Assembly (NCBI GenBank): GCA_963743795.1
Contig: CAVUQZ010000004.1
Location: 237,992-301,991, forward strand
DNA length: 64,000 nt
Direction: 5' to 3'
Source: an uncultured Chloroflexia bacterium
Lineage (GTDB): Bacteria; Chloroflexota; Limnocylindria; Limnocylindrales; CSP1-4
Shown: positions 10,875 to 20,642 of the stretch, piece after piece
Position numbering within the stretch: the stretch's first letter is position 1
How the letters are laid out: each line of letters begins with the position of its first letter
Position numbers and translations under genes: made by a program
Notes under the pieces: model-generated
Seen by the model: the letters and a program-made list of their open reading frames with translations, nothing else
Databases searched by the model: none
What the model was told of the DNA's origin: nothing

Positions 10875-11477
10875 ATGAGCGATCCGCCAGGACCGCCAGA
10901 AGAGCGCGGTATGTTCGCCAAGGAAACCTATCTGAGCGCCGAGACAGGTCGCGCGACAGCGTCGCCGTACGTACGCGACCGCGCCATAGACACCGACTTC
11001 GTCGCCGCTCTGGACGGCGAACTCTCGATGGCATACCGCCTCTCCGGTTACCTGCTAGCCGACGCGGCCGAGGCCCAGGACGCAGTCCAGGAAGCTTCTG
11101 TCCGCGCCTGGAAAGGCTGGGCGAACCTTCGTGAGCGAGACCGCTTTCATGCGTGGTTCAGCCAGATCCTCGTCAACGTCTGCCGCACCCGACTGCGCCA
11201 GAGAGGCCGGCGTCGGACTGTCGATCTGGACGACGTAGACCTCGAGGCCGGGGACCCATTCCGGGCGTCCCTTGCCCGAGATGCCGTCGGCCGAGCGCTT
11301 TCGGTCCTGAGCAACGAGTTGCGCATGGTCGTGGTCCTGCGCTACTGGGGCGAGCTTTCCCTGGCCGAGATAGCCGATCGACTCGGCATCCCCATCGGCA
11401 CCGTCAAATCGAGACATCACGCCGCCCTGAGGGCGCTGCGCCGCCGGATCGAGCCCGCGGCAGGGGGCACCAGATGA
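10875..11477 (+). CDS. ECF (sigma-70 family, group 4) RNA polymerase sigma factor
   Basis: Region 2 DAVQEASVRAWKGW...FHAWFSQILVNVCRTRLR and region 4 LSLAEIADRLGIPIGTVKSRHHAALRALR. Start chosen at the first in-frame ATG after the upstream gene (ATG 10911 is also possible). Confidence 0.88.
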   Translation: MSDPPGPPEERGMFAKETYLSAETGRATASPYVRDRAIDTDFVAALDGELSMAYRLSGYLLADAAEAQDAVQEASVRAWKGWANLRERDRFHAWFSQILVNVCRTRLRQRGRRRTVDLDDVDLEAGDPFRASLARDAVGRALSVLSNELRMVVVLRYWGELSLAEIADRLGIPIGTVKSRHHAALRALRRRIEPAAGGTR

Positions 11478-13078
11478 GCGATTCCGATTTCGATAGCGCT
11501 TCCGACGTCGAGATGGAGGCCAGGCTGAGGCAACTCGCCTCCAACAGCAGGACGCCGCCTCTGCCCGAGGAGACGGCCGCGCTGCCCTGGACGGTGCAGG
11601 TCGAGCCTCCACGAGCCTGGGCCTTCGGATTCGTGCCCGCTCTCGGGCGCAGGGCGGGGTCCTTGCGTGGGCCAGCCTACGCCCTCGCCAGGCTGGCGGC
11701 GACGCTGGTGGTGGCCGGGGGATTCCTCGCGGTCATGAGTCAGGCGAGGACCAGCGGGAGCCGGGCCGACTTCGTCCCGCCTCTTCCGACTCCGCGGCCG
11801 ACGAGCGCCTCAGGGGCGTCGACCGGACCCGAGGTGGTCGTCGTGCCCACCAGCGGCGTCGTCGACGACGTGATGGCCGACCACGTGGCCGGCGCGGTTC
11901 GTCGGGCCGAAGCCGACGGGGCCGCCGCCGTGATCGTCCAGCTGAACACGTTCGGCGGCAGCGAGACGGCGATGCTCCGCATCGAGACGGCCCTGGATTC
12001 GAAGATCCCGACGATCGTCTGGGTCGGTCCGGCCGGTGCTTCCGCGGCCAGCGCCGGCACGTTCATCACCCTCTCGGCGAACCTGGCCTACATGGCGCCG
12101 GGCACCAACATCGGCGCTGCTTCCCCGGTGGCGGCGGGCGGGGCAGACATCGCCGCGACGTACGGCCAGACCGAAGCAGAGAAGACCCTGCAGGATGCCA
12201 TGGCCAAGATCCGGAGCGTCGCCCAGCGTCGACACCCCGACGCGGTGGCATGGGCTCTGAGCACGGTCCAGGACGCGAAGTCCTACACGGCGGACGAGGC
12301 CCTCGCCGCCCACGGCATCAACGGCATCGCAGCGAGCCTGGAAGACGTGCTCAACCAGGCCGATGGCCAGACCGTCACGACATCGACCGGGCCGGTCGTG
12401 GTTCATACCAAGGGCGCCACAACGGTCACGATCGGCGAGGATCCGATCCAGTTGTTCCTCCATACCCTGGACGACCCGAACATCGCCTTTGTCCTCCTTG
12501 TGATCGGCGTCCTGTGCGTGCTGGTAGAGTTCTTCCATCCCACTCTGCTGGTCGGCCTGCTCGGCGCCCTTTCGCTCGCCCTGTCGTGGTATGGATCGGG
12601 CAGCCTGCCCCTCAATATCCTCGGCGTGGTGCTCGTTGTGCTCGGGATCTTCATGCTCGTCATAGAGTCGAGCGTTCCCAGCCACGGCCTCCTGACCATC
12701 GGCGGCCTGGCCAGCTTCCTCGTCGGGGCAGTGGCCTTCTACGGGTCGCCCGGTCCGTTCCTTCCGAGCGTGGCGGTGGCCTGGCCGATCATCGCGACGA
12801 TGACGGCAGTCGCGGCCCTGTACGGCCTTTTCCTCGTACGAACGCTGGTGCAGATGCGCCATCTTGCGGTACCGGCGGGGTCGGGCATGGTGGGGACCGT
12901 CAGCGTCATCGGCGCGACGGGCGAGGTCCAGGCCGATCTTGCCCCCCTGGGAACGGTCTACGTGGGCCGTGAGTCCTGGACGGCTCGCCTGGCTGACGGC
13001 AGCTCTGCCCCGCGAGGGACCAGGGTGAAGGTCGTCCGCCAGGAGGGCCTGACGCTCATCGTCGAGCGGGTCGGATAG
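11474..13078 (+). CDS. Long-form NfeD membrane-bound ClpP-class serine protease with an extra ~70-aa cytoplasmic N-terminus
   Basis: ATG overlaps the sigma stop (ATGA). One TM, then protease domain VIVQLNTFGGSE...VGPAGASAASAGTFI...MAPGTNIGAASPV, a multi-TM block and the C-terminal NfeD OB-fold GTRVKVVRQEGLTLIVERV. Confidence 0.88.
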   Translation: MSDSDFDSASDVEMEARLRQLASNSRTPPLPEETAALPWTVQVEPPRAWAFGFVPALGRRAGSLRGPAYALARLAATLVVAGGFLAVMSQARTSGSRADFVPPLPTPRPTSASGASTGPEVVVVPTSGVVDDVMADHVAGAVRRAEADGAAAVIVQLNTFGGSETAMLRIETALDSKIPTIVWVGPAGASAASAGTFITLSANLAYMAPGTNIGAASPVAAGGADIAATYGQTEAEKTLQDAMAKIRSVAQRRHPDAVAWALSTVQDAKSYTADEALAAHGINGIAASLEDVLNQADGQTVTTSTGPVVVHTKGATTVTIGEDPIQLFLHTLDDPNIAFVLLVIGVLCVLVEFFHPTLLVGLLGALSLALSWYGSGSLPLNILGVVLVVLGIFMLVIESSVPSHGLLTIGGLASFLVGAVAFYGSPGPFLPSVAVAWPIIATMTAVAALYGLFLVRTLVQMRHLAVPAGSGMVGTVSVIGATGEVQADLAPLGTVYVGRESWTARLADGSSAPRGTRVKVVRQEGLTLIVERVG

Positions 13079-13299
13079 AAATGGAGACTCCTCTTGTGGT
13101 GGAACCTGGGTCCGCCAGGGCGGCCGGGTCGGGCAAGTCCACGTTCGGGCAGGCCGAGCATCTGGGCCGCCGAGGAGGTGTTCCGTCCTGATCGATCGCC
13201 GGCGACACGGGAGCGCCGGGCCGAGTCGGAATAGGACTGCTGCCACGTCTCCCTAGGCAATGCCCCCGACGGGGCGCAATCAGCTGGAGGTGCAGGGGA

Positions 13300-14202
13300 A
13301 TGGATGCCGCTTCGGTTATCGCGATCGTCTTGGTCATCCTCGCTGTCTTGGTGGTCCTCTTGGCCGCAATCTCGTTCCGCGTGGTAAACCAGTGGGAGCG
13401 TATGGTCGTCAAGCGCTGGGGCCAGACCAACCAGAGCCTGGTTCGCGATCCGGGCCTCCGATTCCTGATCCCGATCGTCGACCAGGGAATCAAGGTCGAC
13501 CTGCGCGAGCAGTTCATCGAGGTCCCGCGCCAGACCGCCATCACCAAGGACAACGCCCCGCTCAGCGTGGACTTCCTGATCTACTGGAAGATCGCGGATG
13601 CGCTCATGAGCATCGTCAACGTGGCCAACTTTCCGGGCGCACTCCAGGGCGTAGCCGCAACGTCCCTTCGTTCTGTCATCGGCGACATCCCGCTGGACGA
13701 CGTCCTGTCCCAGCGCGAGCGCATCAACGAGACTCTCCGGCTCAAGCTTGACGAAGTCACCGAGCGCTGGGGCGGCAAGGTGACCACGGTCGAGATCCGG
13801 GAGATTCTGCCCCCGCCCGCCGTGCAGGAGGCGATGAACCGGCAGCTGTCCGCCGAGCGAACCCGCCGCGCGGTCATCACCGAATCGGAAGGCACGCGGC
13901 AGGCCACTATCAACGTTGCCGAGGGCGACAAGCAGTCGGCCATCCTCCGCGCTGAGGGCGACCGGCAAGCCGCCATTCTTCGGGCTCAGGGTTTCAGCGA
14001 AGCTCTCCACACGATCTTCCAGGCCGCTCGGGGCATCGACCAGAAGACGATGACACTGCAATACCTCGACGCCTTGAAGGCGCTGGGCAGCGGCGCGGCC
14101 ACCAAGTTCGTCATCCCAGTCGAGTTCACCCAGCTGCTCGGGCCGGTCAGCTCGATGATCCAGTCCGGCATGGGCAAGGGCTCCGAGGGCCAGACCTCGT
14201 AG
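13300..14202 (+). CDS. SPFH/band-7 (stomatin/slipin-like) protein, usual partner of NfeD
   Basis: N-terminal TM plus SPFH core (VVNQWERMVVKRWGQ...TKDNAPLSVDFLIYWKI...) and an Ala/Glu/Arg-rich coiled C-terminus. GGAGGTG SD. Confidence 0.93.
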   Translation: MDAASVIAIVLVILAVLVVLLAAISFRVVNQWERMVVKRWGQTNQSLVRDPGLRFLIPIVDQGIKVDLREQFIEVPRQTAITKDNAPLSVDFLIYWKIADALMSIVNVANFPGALQGVAATSLRSVIGDIPLDDVLSQRERINETLRLKLDEVTERWGGKVTTVEIREILPPPAVQEAMNRQLSAERTRRAVITESEGTRQATINVAEGDKQSAILRAEGDRQAAILRAQGFSEALHTIFQAARGIDQKTMTLQYLDALKALGSGAATKFVIPVEFTQLLGPVSSMIQSGMGKGSEGQTS

Positions 14203-14331
14203 TCCGCGTCTATGCAGTCGCGAGCGCTACGACATCCAGGCCGCCAGAGGCTGTAGCCGGCGCGCCCGCCCCAGTGGAACGCCCTTGAGGTCGGCCTCGT
14301 TGGGCCGATGCCTCCAACGCGGCGCGCCCCC

Positions 14332-14337
14332 TATAAT
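14332..14337 (+). promoter_or_regulatory. Consensus TATAAT -10 box ~85 nt upstream of the TadZ/CpaE-like gene
   Basis: Perfect hexamer in an otherwise GC-rich intergenic region. No convincing -35 at 16-19 nt. Confidence 0.35.
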
Positions 14338-14422
14338 CTGCCCATCGTTCCAACGGGTCGTCCATGGGGGGCGGCCTCACGTTGTCTTGCCTTCGTGAGC
14401 GGTTGAACCCGAGCCAGGTGTA

Positions 14423-15637
14423 GTGATGGCCGTCAAGATCCTCGTGGTCGATGCCGACCCGACTGTGCAACGGGCGCTGACCAATACGCTCTCGCAAGCC
14501 GGATTCGAGGTCATCGTCTCGAGCGAGGGTTCGGAAGCGCTTCGCCTGGCGCGTTCGGATAGACCCGCCCTGGTTCTCGTTGCCGCGACCCTACCCGGCA
14601 TCGACGGGTTCACGGCCGTGGCTCGACTGCGTATGGAGGACGGTCCTTCTACGCACACCCCCGTCATCCTGCTCCTGGCCGAAAACGAGGCGGAGGCACG
14701 GGGCAAGGCTCTTCGCTCCGGCGCCGACGACTACCTGATCAAGCCGTTCCATCCCGCGGAGCTGATGGCGCGGATGCGCAGCCTGCTGGCCCGATTCCAG
14801 CCCGCCGAGTCTTTCGCGCCTCCGACCCGGGGCCCCGGTGCGGTGGGCCCGCCCGCGGCGCTCAAGAAACGCGAGCCCGCTCGGGTCATCCTCTTCTACG
14901 GCGCCAAGGGCGGCGTCGGCACCACGACGATCGCTATCAACGCGGCAATCGCGCTGCATACCGAGCTTGCCCGGCGCGTGTGCCTGATAGACGCGAATCT
15001 GCAATTCGGAGACCATCGCGTCTTCCTGGACCTGGGCCTCGATCGCTTGAGCGTGGTGGAACTTGCCACCGCGCCGACACGGGACGTGGACCTCGTCCGC
15101 CAGATCCTCGTCAAGCACGAATCGGGAATCGAGTTGCTCCTGGCGCCGCCTTCCCCGGAGACGGCCGAGCTGGTGGCCAGCGATCACCTGCCGGAGATCG
15201 TGGGCCTGCTGGCCAACGAGTTCGACTACATCGTGCTCGACATCGACAAACGCCTCGACGAGGTCAATCTGCGCCTCATGGACGTCGCCCACACGGTCTA
15301 TGTCGTGATGACCGCCGACCTGCCGTGCCTCAAGAACGTCCGGCTGGTTCTCGAGACGATAAGCCACCTCGGCTACTCCGACGACAAGGTGAAGCTCATC
15401 CTCAATCGATCCAATGCGTTCACCGGCATCAACGTGAAGAACGCGGAGAGTGCGCTCAAGCGCCGGATCGACTATCAGATCATCAACGAGTACCGCTCCG
15501 CGATCGGCGCGCTCAACAGCGGTGCTCCGTTCATGTTCACGAAGGCGGACTCAGTCCTGGGCCGGAACGTCCTCGACTTCGTCAAGGCCATGGAGAAGGA
15601 TCTCGACCAGCGCCCCGTGCCCGCCAGACAGGGCTGA
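14423..15637 (+). CDS. TadZ/CpaE-like protein: pseudo-receiver domain fused to a MinD/ParA-family ATPase domain
   Basis: The REC-like N-terminus has Ala (A54, ...LVLVAATLPGIDG) where the phospho-acceptor Asp is expected. The ATPase domain has the deviant Walker A FYGAKGGVGTTT. Confidence 0.88.
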   Translation: MMAVKILVVDADPTVQRALTNTLSQAGFEVIVSSEGSEALRLARSDRPALVLVAATLPGIDGFTAVARLRMEDGPSTHTPVILLLAENEAEARGKALRSGADDYLIKPFHPAELMARMRSLLARFQPAESFAPPTRGPGAVGPPAALKKREPARVILFYGAKGGVGTTTIAINAAIALHTELARRVCLIDANLQFGDHRVFLDLGLDRLSVVELATAPTRDVDLVRQILVKHESGIELLLAPPSPETAELVASDHLPEIVGLLANEFDYIVLDIDKRLDEVNLRLMDVAHTVYVVMTADLPCLKNVRLVLETISHLGYSDDKVKLILNRSNAFTGINVKNAESALKRRIDYQIINEYRSAIGALNSGAPFMFTKADSVLGRNVLDFVKAMEKDLDQRPVPARQG

Positions 15638-15691
15638 TACTCGAGCCGGGCGGTTCGAGGGGCCTGGCGCGAAGCGTCACGTAAGCCGGAG

Positions 15692-17287
15692 GTGATCGGC
15701 GGGACTTACGGTCGCGTCGTGCTCGCCTCGCTTCTTTCGGCCACCCTCAACGGCCTGGATGGACGTCCAGTCCGGGTTGAAGTGGACGTGGCACCCGGAC
15801 TGCCCGGTTTCACAATCGTGGGTCTTGCAGACACGGCCCTTCAGGAGGCCCGCGAGCGAGTTCGCGGGGCGATCAGAAACAGCGGCTACGACTACCCACC
15901 TCGGCGGATCACGGTCAATCTGGCGCCGGCGGATATGCGCAAGAGCGGCGCATCCCTGGATCTTGCGATGGCGCTGGGTATTCTCGTCGGGTCCGAGCAG
16001 GTTAGAGCGAGCGGTCGTTGGGCGGTCCTCGGCGAGCTTTCGCTCGGCGGCGAGCTGCGCCCCATCCCAGGTCTTCTGCCGATGGTGGCGGCTCTTGCGC
16101 GCCGCCGCGTCAGGCGAGTAGTGGTCCCCGAAGAAGGCGCGGTCGAGTCGCGCCTGGCCGGCGGCATAGACGTCGTCCCCGCTGCCACGCTCGCCGAGGC
16201 GGCGTTGCTCGTGCGAGATGCCAGGCGGTGCCGGGCTCGTACCAGACCTCCTCGAATCGAGATGGCGGCCGAAATAGGCGACGAAGTTCAAGCCTCTCGA
16301 CCCGGGGTCGCTGACGAGAAGGCCGGACCGGACCTGGCCGAGGTGCGCGGTCAGCTCGAGGCTCGGCGGGGTCTCGAGCTGGCTCTGGCGGGAGGTCATT
16401 GCCTGATCATGATCGGCCCTCCGGGTTCGGGCAAAACGCTGCTGGCTCGGACCGTCCCCGGTCTTCTCCCGCCGCTCGATGGTGACGAATCCCGCATCGC
16501 CACGATCATTGCCTCAGTGGCCGGATCTGCCCCCATCCGTGGACTGGTGCGGAGCCGGCCGTTCCGCTCCCCCCACCACACGATTTCCTACGCGGCGATG
16601 GTGGGCGGCGGTCCGCACATGTCGCCCGGTGAAGTGACGCTCGCCAACGATGGCGTCCTGTTCCTGGACGAGTTGCCGGAGTTCGATCGGGCGACCCTTG
16701 AGGCACTCCGCCAGCCGTTGGAAGACGGCCAGGTGGCGATCTCGCGCGTCGGTCGAGCGGCCGTCTTCCCGTCGCGATTCCAGCTCATTGCGGCCATGAA
16801 TCCCTGCCCGTGCGGCCACGCCGGCGAGGGTGACGGCCGATGCCGTTGCCAGCAGGCCGTGGTGGACAGGTACGCAGGCCGGATATCCGGACCGCTCCGC
16901 GACCGCATCGACCTGTGGGTCCACATGCCGCGCGTCAGGCCGGAGGAATACGTCGGAGCAGCAGCGCCTGAGGGCTCTGCCTCAGTCGCCCGCCGGATCC
17001 TCGAGTCGCGCCTTCGCCAGATCGAGCGTAGCGGATCCTGCAATTCGAGACTCACCGGACGAGCGCTCAGAGAGGCATGCGCCCTGGGGTCCGCCGAGCA
17101 GGGCCACGCGATTCGGCTGGCCGAGATGGAGGGCTGGTCGGCGCGCGGCATCGAGCGGCTGCTTCGAGTCGCCCGGACGGCCGCAGATCTTTCCGGATCG
17201 GCCCGAGTCGAGGCGGCTCATCTCGACGAAGCGGCGCGCTTCCGCTCCCCGTCGGGGCGCACGCTCGGGTTCGCGGCGGTAGTGTGA
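15692..17287 (+). CDS. comM: YifB/ComM-family Mg-chelatase-like AAA+ ATPase
   Basis: N-terminal Lon-protease-like domain (GLPGFTIVGLADTALQEARERV), AAA core GPPGSGKT...LFLDELPEF, Cys cluster NPCPCGH. The start may be slightly downstream (GTG 15719). Confidence 0.93.
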   Translation: MIGGTYGRVVLASLLSATLNGLDGRPVRVEVDVAPGLPGFTIVGLADTALQEARERVRGAIRNSGYDYPPRRITVNLAPADMRKSGASLDLAMALGILVGSEQVRASGRWAVLGELSLGGELRPIPGLLPMVAALARRRVRRVVVPEEGAVESRLAGGIDVVPAATLAEAALLVRDARRCRARTRPPRIEMAAEIGDEVQASRPGVADEKAGPDLAEVRGQLEARRGLELALAGGHCLIMIGPPGSGKTLLARTVPGLLPPLDGDESRIATIIASVAGSAPIRGLVRSRPFRSPHHTISYAAMVGGGPHMSPGEVTLANDGVLFLDELPEFDRATLEALRQPLEDGQVAISRVGRAAVFPSRFQLIAAMNPCPCGHAGEGDGRCRCQQAVVDRYAGRISGPLRDRIDLWVHMPRVRPEEYVGAAAPEGSASVARRILESRLRQIERSGSCNSRLTGRALREACALGSAEQGHAIRLAEMEGWSARGIERLLRVARTAADLSGSARVEAAHLDEAARFRSPSGRTLGFAAVV

Positions 17288-17290
17288 GCG

Positions 17291-18791
17291 ATGCTGGGCG
17301 TGCAGAGCCTGGGCCCGCTGGCGCCTCGACGTGTCGCGGACGGCGCGGATCGGGAGCGTGGGCTCGTTTCCGGTGAAGCCGGGTGCGTTCGCGAAGCCGC
17401 AAGCGAGGTCGTTCAGCGTCAGGCCGCGGGGACGGCCGCGGAGCGCGATGCGTGGGTGACGCTCCTTGGGGTGCCGGGGCTAGGGCCGGTCACCTTCGCG
17501 GGTCTGCTTGGGGCTTTCGGATCGGCGCGGGCGGTCCTGGACGTGGCCGCAGAGCCCGCCGGGCCGGCCCGGCTGCGCGAGGCCCTGGCCTGGGCCGCGG
17601 CCGAGTCGCGGTTCGAGGGGGAGGAGGGCAAGGAAGCCGGGCTGGCGTCTCTCACTGGTCCGGGCGACGCGTCCAACCCGACTGCGGCAGCCGGGCTCGC
17701 GGCGCCGGAGTCTCGGGGCCAGTCGCGGCCGACCAGGGGCCCTTGGCCCCGATCTGGCTCGCCGCATCTGCGACGCGGCTTTCGCCGGGGACCGAACCCT
17801 CGAACTGGTCAGATCGCTCGGGCTAACGGTGGTCACGCTGGACGACAGAAGCTATCCGGACCGGCTGCGGCGGGTCGAACTGCCTCCGCCACTGCTGTTC
17901 GTCAGAGGGTCGGTCGAATCTCTGAGCGCGAGTCACGCGGTCGCCGTCGTCGGGACGCGCCGGCCCTCGGACAAGGGGAGGCTCATCGCCGGCTGGGTCG
18001 CGTCCGGCCTGGCCAGGGCCGGAGCTGTGGTCGTCTCCGGGCTGGCGGTCGGAATCGATGGGGCGGCGCATGCGGCCGTGGTCGGCGAGGGCCTGGCCAC
18101 AGTGGCTGTTCTCGGCGGCGGGCATGCCCGGCTCTTTCCAAGGGCTCACGAGCGGCTTGCGGATGCGATCGTGGCATCCGGTGGCGCGGTAGTGGCCGAG
18201 CTGACGCCGGAGACGCCCGCCAGCAGAGGGACCTTTCCTCGCCGCAACAGGCTGCTGAGCGGCCTCTCGGATGCGACCGTGGTGGTCGAGGCGGGCCGTC
18301 GAAGCGGCGCCCTGATCACGGCCGGTTGGGCGCTCGAGCAGGGCAGGGAATGCTTTGTGGTACCGGGCCCGATCGATGCCCCAACCAGTGCCGGATGCAA
18401 CGCGTTCCTGCGCTCCTACCCAGGGCAGGCCCGAGCCGTAGCCGGAGTATCGGAACTGATCGAAGACCTGGGCCTCGTCACCGCGGACGAATCGGACCAC
18501 GCACGCTACGAGGCCGCATCGGGCCGCCCGGTGGGCTCACTAGACCCCCACCGGCCGCCCTCGGCGACGGCTCCCGGAACCGGGAGGGCGGCAGTTCTGG
18601 CTTCGCTGGGGCCCGTGGAAAGGCTTCTGGCAGAGTCTCTCGCGCGCGGCCCTGCCACCGCCGACGATCTCGCCGCCAGCACTTCGTTGTCCGGAGCCTC
18701 CATCTTGAGCGCGCTGACGCTGCTGGAATTGAGGGGACTCGTGGTCGGCTCCTATGGTCGCTACATCCCCACCGGACCTCTTGCCCGGTGA
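17291..18791 (+). pseudogene. dprA: DNA-processing protein DprA with one +1 frame shift somewhere in 17640-17745 (possibly an assembly indel)
   Basis: The HhH-type N-terminus LLGVPGLGPVTFAGLLGAFGSARAVL is in frame 2. The Rossmann core VVGTRRPS...VVSGLAVGIDGAAH...FPRRNRLLSGLS and the C-terminal winged helix are in frame 3. Confidence 0.85.
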
Positions 18792-18955
18792 CTCGAAGGC
18801 GCCCGACAGGGGCGGCCTCTTAGGGTTCGGCAGACGGGCGATCGGGCCTCGTGGCCGGTCTGACGCGCCGCCAGACAGGCCGGCGCGGGACGCTGGACCA
18901 TTTGCCCGATCTCCGAAGGCAGTGTTACCCTGCCTCCAGGACATAGCCAGGGACA

Positions 18956-20599
18956 GTGATCCCCACCGCCACAGGAGACCTGCTCTTGCGGAAAGCAGCG
19001 ACCACTGCGATGGCCAGGCGAACACGAGCCGTCACTCGCGTGAGCCACCCGCGACGGAGATTCGCGGGGCTGCAAGTCCTCATGGTCGTGGTTGCGGTGG
19101 CCAGTGTCGCTGGCCTGTTGCTCCTGGCCCTACCCACCAAGCAGGTGGCCGGCGAGCAGCTTCCGACGTTCGCTCCCCTGGCTCCCCAGGCCGACGCCCA
19201 TCCCTCCCAGAGCGGCCTCGGCCTCGACGTCCCATTCGAGGTCCAGTTCACCAAGCCCATGAACGAGGCCTCGGTCGAGACGGCTCTGACGATCCAGCCA
19301 AAGGTGGATGTACGACAGCAGTGGGACGCGACCTCGCAGGTCCTCTCGATCGTGCCCACCTCGCACTGGGAGCACGACACCAACTACCTGGTCGAGATCA
19401 CCAACAAGGCTACCGACCAGGAGGGTCTGAACCTGGCGACCGAGATCCATACGTCGTTCCAATCGGGCTCGCTGACGACCGGCACCCTGTCCGCGACCCT
19501 GGTCGTCGAGGATCTGGTCGCTCCCAACTCCGCCTTCCAGCTGACCTTTACCCGCCCGGTCAAGCTCTCGACGGTCGTGACCCGCCTCAGCATCAGCCCC
19601 GCGGTCGAGGTCACCATCGCCGGCGACGATCCCACCGACGCCGCCTCCCAGGTATTCACCATGACTCCCAAGCAGGCCCTGGCCTCCGACCAGGCCTACG
19701 TGGTCAGCATGGCCGGCGGTGGCACCGACTCCTCGGGCGCGGCCCTGCAGCCTGTGGCGCCTCTCCAGGTCCAGACCATGGAGACTCCGGCGGTCGTGCG
19801 CTTCCGACCGCAGGGGGGCGGCTACACCTACGACACCAACCAGCTGGTATCGGTCCGATTCACCGTGCCGATGGACACCAAGGCAACCCAGGCTGCCTTC
19901 TCGGTCACCGTGGGTGGCCGGGCCGTCGCCGGCACCCTGTACTGGTCCGAGGGCGACACAGTCCTGGCCCTTGCGCCGCGCAACTCGTTCAAGGTCGGCT
20001 CGACCGTCCTGGCCAGGGTCTCCACCGCCGCCCGATCCTCGACGGGCCTCCACATCGCCAAAGCTGCCAGCGCCAGCTTCAAGGTCTCCCCGCCGAGGTC
20101 GACAGCCATTCCCTGGACAGGTGGCATCGCGTCCGCATCCTCGCCCTGGTATGCCTCTGAGGTCTACTACCTGAATCTGATGAACTGCACTCGCCAGGGC
20201 GGCTGGGTCACCCCCGGGGGCGACTGCAGCACCCAGACTCACCACACACTTCCGGCTCAGGGCCCGCTCAGAATTGACTCCGGGATCTCCAACAAAGTGG
20301 CCAGGCCATACGCCAAGTACATGGCCGACAACAGGCTGCTGGACCACTATCTGGGTGGGTCGACGCCACATTCCAGGCTCGCCGCGCAGGGGTACCCTGG
20401 TGGATCCTGGGGTGAGAACATCGCGTCGCCCGGCAGCTCCGGAAGGGGCGGGATGATCGCCATCGAGATCTTCTACCAGAACGAGTACTGGTGCCGTTGC
20501 GAGCACTACTTCAACATCATGGACCCGTATTTCCATAGAGCCGGCATCGGCGTCTGGGTCTCGAAGAGCGTCCGGGTGGCGATAGACTTCTACGGCTGA
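18956..20599 (+). CDS. Membrane-anchored surface protein: Ig-like (SbsA/Big_5-type) repeats plus a C-terminal CAP/SCP/PR-1-like domain (paralog 1)
   Basis: N-terminal anchor LMVVVAVASVAGLLLLALP and repeats of the type VPFEVQFTKPMNEASV. Cys-containing CAP-like end: GENIASP...YWCRCEHYFNIM...AGIGVW. Alternative start at ATG 19010. Confidence 0.8.
   Translation: MIPTATGDLLLRKAATTAMARRTRAVTRVSHPRRRFAGLQVLMVVVAVASVAGLLLLALPTKQVAGEQLPTFAPLAPQADAHPSQSGLGLDVPFEVQFTKPMNEASVETALTIQPKVDVRQQWDATSQVLSIVPTSHWEHDTNYLVEITNKATDQEGLNLATEIHTSFQSGSLTTGTLSATLVVEDLVAPNSAFQLTFTRPVKLSTVVTRLSISPAVEVTIAGDDPTDAASQVFTMTPKQALASDQAYVVSMAGGGTDSSGAALQPVAPLQVQTMETPAVVRFRPQGGGYTYDTNQLVSVRFTVPMDTKATQAAFSVTVGGRAVAGTLYWSEGDTVLALAPRNSFKVGSTVLARVSTAARSSTGLHIAKAASASFKVSPPRSTAIPWTGGIASASSPWYASEVYYLNLMNCTRQGGWVTPGGDCSTQTHHTLPAQGPLRIDSGISNKVARPYAKYMADNRLLDHYLGGSTPHSRLAAQGYPGGSWGENIASPGSSGRGGMIAIEIFYQNEYWCRCEHYFNIMDPYFHRAGIGVWVSKSVRVAIDFYG
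19079..20075. repeat. Copy 1 of a tandem direct repeat (unit offset 1693 bp)
   Basis: 19079-19795 equals 20772-21488 except for 2 visible mismatches (19129, 19264). A 35-bp divergent patch follows. 19831-20075 versus 21524-21768 shows about 8 mismatches. Confidence 0.95.
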
Positions 20600-20642
20600 C
20601 GGTCGTCGACCGGGAGCTCCGATCCAACTAAGGAAGGGACAC

